Shown one piece after another: positions 61,461 through 64,000 of a stretch of DNA of 64,000 nucleotides. Both the position numbers and the translations under genes were made by a program. Each line of letters begins with the position of its first letter. Within the stretch, counting starts at the first letter, position 1. The notes beneath the pieces are model-generated. The model was not told the DNA's origin and ran no database searches. It saw only the letters and a list, made by a program, of their open reading frames with translations. Location of the stretch: the NCBI RefSeq assembly GCF_001949145.1, contig NW_019091357.1:2214114-2278113 (forward strand). The letters are read 5' to 3'. This DNA comes from Acanthaster planci (Eukaryota).

Positions 61461-64000
61461 GGGACAGAATTTCGCCCGCCAATTACTTCTCCGATAGTTG
61501 CAGAACCGATTCGAAACAAACGCGCACATTAAAAAAAAATCAGCTCTGTTTTTGACCCCCTCTCCTTTCTGGTTGACCTCTGGTGACCTCTCGCAAGTTT
61601 CTTCTTTTTTTTTCCTCGTTAGCTTGTCCATATTTAACGCGGCCAGACATTTTATAATTTGCCGGCGATACGCTTGTTTGAGGGGAGTTCAGGTAGACGA
61701 GTAAAACTGCGGACAGATGAAAGGCAGGTGTTGCACGCGGACAATAGCCAGGCCACACCCCCTCAGGCGATTAGTCAAGCTAGGGGAAGAGGGTTTCGTT
61801 GATGGGAGGAGCTTCTTTTTTGGGGGGGGGGATGTCTAGTGAACATGGGTCTCTGTGTCTTAATGTGTAGTAGCAAGTCGACAATTTCTCACCATTGTGG
61901 TGCATACAGGCCCAAGACATAAACATGGCTGTTATTTGTCATCGGAAATCTGGATGTATTTCTTTGTGGAATCTTTCACCCAGTTTGTAAGGGATCCCTT
62001 TTAGTACAAAGCGAATAAAAATACGTTCTCTACATTTTGAAAGCATGCTAACAGTTATTTCCCCAAATGTTGCTTATTTTACATCCATTAACGAAGGGTA
62101 CATCGTCCCTTCTTTGCAAGTGCGTCTGTTTTGTACGTCTGATTTGTGTTGCATGCTGATACATAGGGTTCCCCCCCCCAAAAAAATAAATCCAAAAGTA
62201 ACATTGAGTTTCCCCGAAACCAGTGTCAGAATTTTTGTTTTTGGTAACAAATTGAAGCTAACAGTGTTTTCTATTTACACTGAAAATTTCATTTGAAGCT
62301 CATATTGTATTAAGGAGATATTTTTAATTACGCATTACACCACTTATTTTTTGTTCTTTCCTGTGGACGTTTGTACGGCTTATCTTGCAATTTGTATGCA
62401 ATCACTGAATTTATATCCCAAATTATCACACAGCTCTTTGGGTTCTTTTCTACCCTTGAATTTGTTTCTCCTTTTAACCTTTGTAAAACTGATGCTTATT
62501 TCAGGGAGTAATTTAAAAAAAAATAAATAATTGCGTAGTTTCAGAGTTTACTGAGTTTGTGTTAGGGCAACCAATCTCAGTTGAACCCGTGCGGTTTTCT
62601 CCAGTTGATATGCAAGGTACTAATCTTGTTTATGTCTGTTACATAAACCACTCTGAATTTCAGCACCCTGCTTGTTGACGGAAAATAAGAGATTTTAACC
62701 AACCACAGCAGAACTCTGTTCAGTTCATTACCCTCGTGCTGTAAGCCTCGCCAAGGATCGCATTTTGTTAAAAGTGTTCAGTGGAGTAAACATATCGTTT
62801 TGATTGCTGTGATAAATCCGAATGGACTGAGCAAAAAAAGTAGTTGTCTTACGAAATCGAGAATATCTCTGCAACGCATCGTCAGATTTTAACGAAGTCC
62901 TAAGATTTGTAAAGCTAACATTCAGGGCTTCGTTTGTTAATAATTTACGATTATTAATAATTGTTAATAATTTCTAATAATTAGTTTGGGAAAAATTAAA
63001 TATTCCTTTTGGGTTGTTTATAAGGAAGCATCCTGCATCTCCCGGCGCCGAAGACTCAAAGCCAAAGTAAAAAGAATTCTTCGTCCTAAAACCCCCTTAA
63101 AACTTGCGCGGTTCAAGTAATTAAATTCATCAAAGTTCTGTGGCACCTGCGGTGCTCAGAACTGAAAATTGGAATCAAATGGAATTCATAAAATGAACGA
63201 GTTGAGCAAAAGGTAACATATCACGATCTGTAACAGTCATTCACTGAGGATTATATGCTAATCTTGAATCATGTTTTCTCTACCTTGTTCATTCCACCGC
63301 CTTTGATGTTCCGCCGACCGGTCCTTTATTCTCGAGTGGGAGTAGCTCAATGCTGCTTCCATATGTACCGTACCTTCTTACCGTCCGGGGGAAAAATGAA
63401 TATTGAGCTTTTGAACAAGTCCCTAGTAATCCGGATAAGTCATTCGTGTCAGGAACATGAATTTCGGGTTCCTTGAGTTTTATCCCTCCGCGAAGCGCAG
63501 AACGTGACGAGGTGACATCCCGATCACGAAGGCGCGAATTTTCGACCCGCCAAGCCGGAGCCCCCCCCCCTTTCCTCCCACGCGCCTTCATGAATATGCA
63601 TGGTGGACCAGGCGAGAGGTTTATCCATCTTGCACCTAGCGATTCGACAAAGTGTCAAATCAGAGTGACCCGTCAAGCCATCCTCGTGTAATCCTGCCCT
63701 CCTCAACGACCTGTAACACCGGCACCCATCATCGATTCATCGATTGCTCCTCCTTTAATCAAAGTACCGTACGGGGTCCCACACTGCCCCTTTACCATGA
63801 GGTGGGTCACACGAGATTTCTGAAACCATTACCTTTCTCGTGGAGTTTTAGGATGCCATCTGAAATTAAACCGTTTTCCTATCTTTGGGCTGATACCTTT
63901 TGTTTTGCACACTCAAAAAACAGGTGGGAGTTGGGACCAATATTAAAAGGCACAAACTTGCTGTTTAGCGCATTAAACTCTTGCTCAACAAACATTGGTT

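Noticed and set aside
28000..64000. Numerous 60-190 aa ORFs in the track
   Set aside because: No recognisable domains, no codon bias and no consistent splice-phase chains; many begin at non-ATG codons.

Overview
Eukaryotic (invertebrate-animal-like) genomic DNA with GT-AG introns, not a prokaryotic region. The left 27 kb holds three genes. (1) A complete 7-exon eIF3h gene on the minus strand (CDS 26849->21793, 328 aa). (2) A single-exon SPRY + SOCS-box gene of the SP555/SPSB3-like type (13592..14338, +). (3) A probable uncharacterised spliced minus-strand gene at the left edge whose main exon encodes two PPxY motifs and a PTAP motif. Between them lie a decayed 5'-truncated LINE, tRNA-derived SINEs, several MITE-like elements, minisatellites and microsatellites. 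The right ~36 kb (28-64 kb) has no recognisable coding sequence but carries repeated CpG-rich, homeodomain-motif-rich patches, consistent with a long-range regulatory landscape or a very large intron. There are two assembly gaps. I found no clear novel multi-gene system; the best leads are the PPxY/PTAP gene and the non-coding landscape. All splice models, motifs and family calls were read by eye and have no database support.
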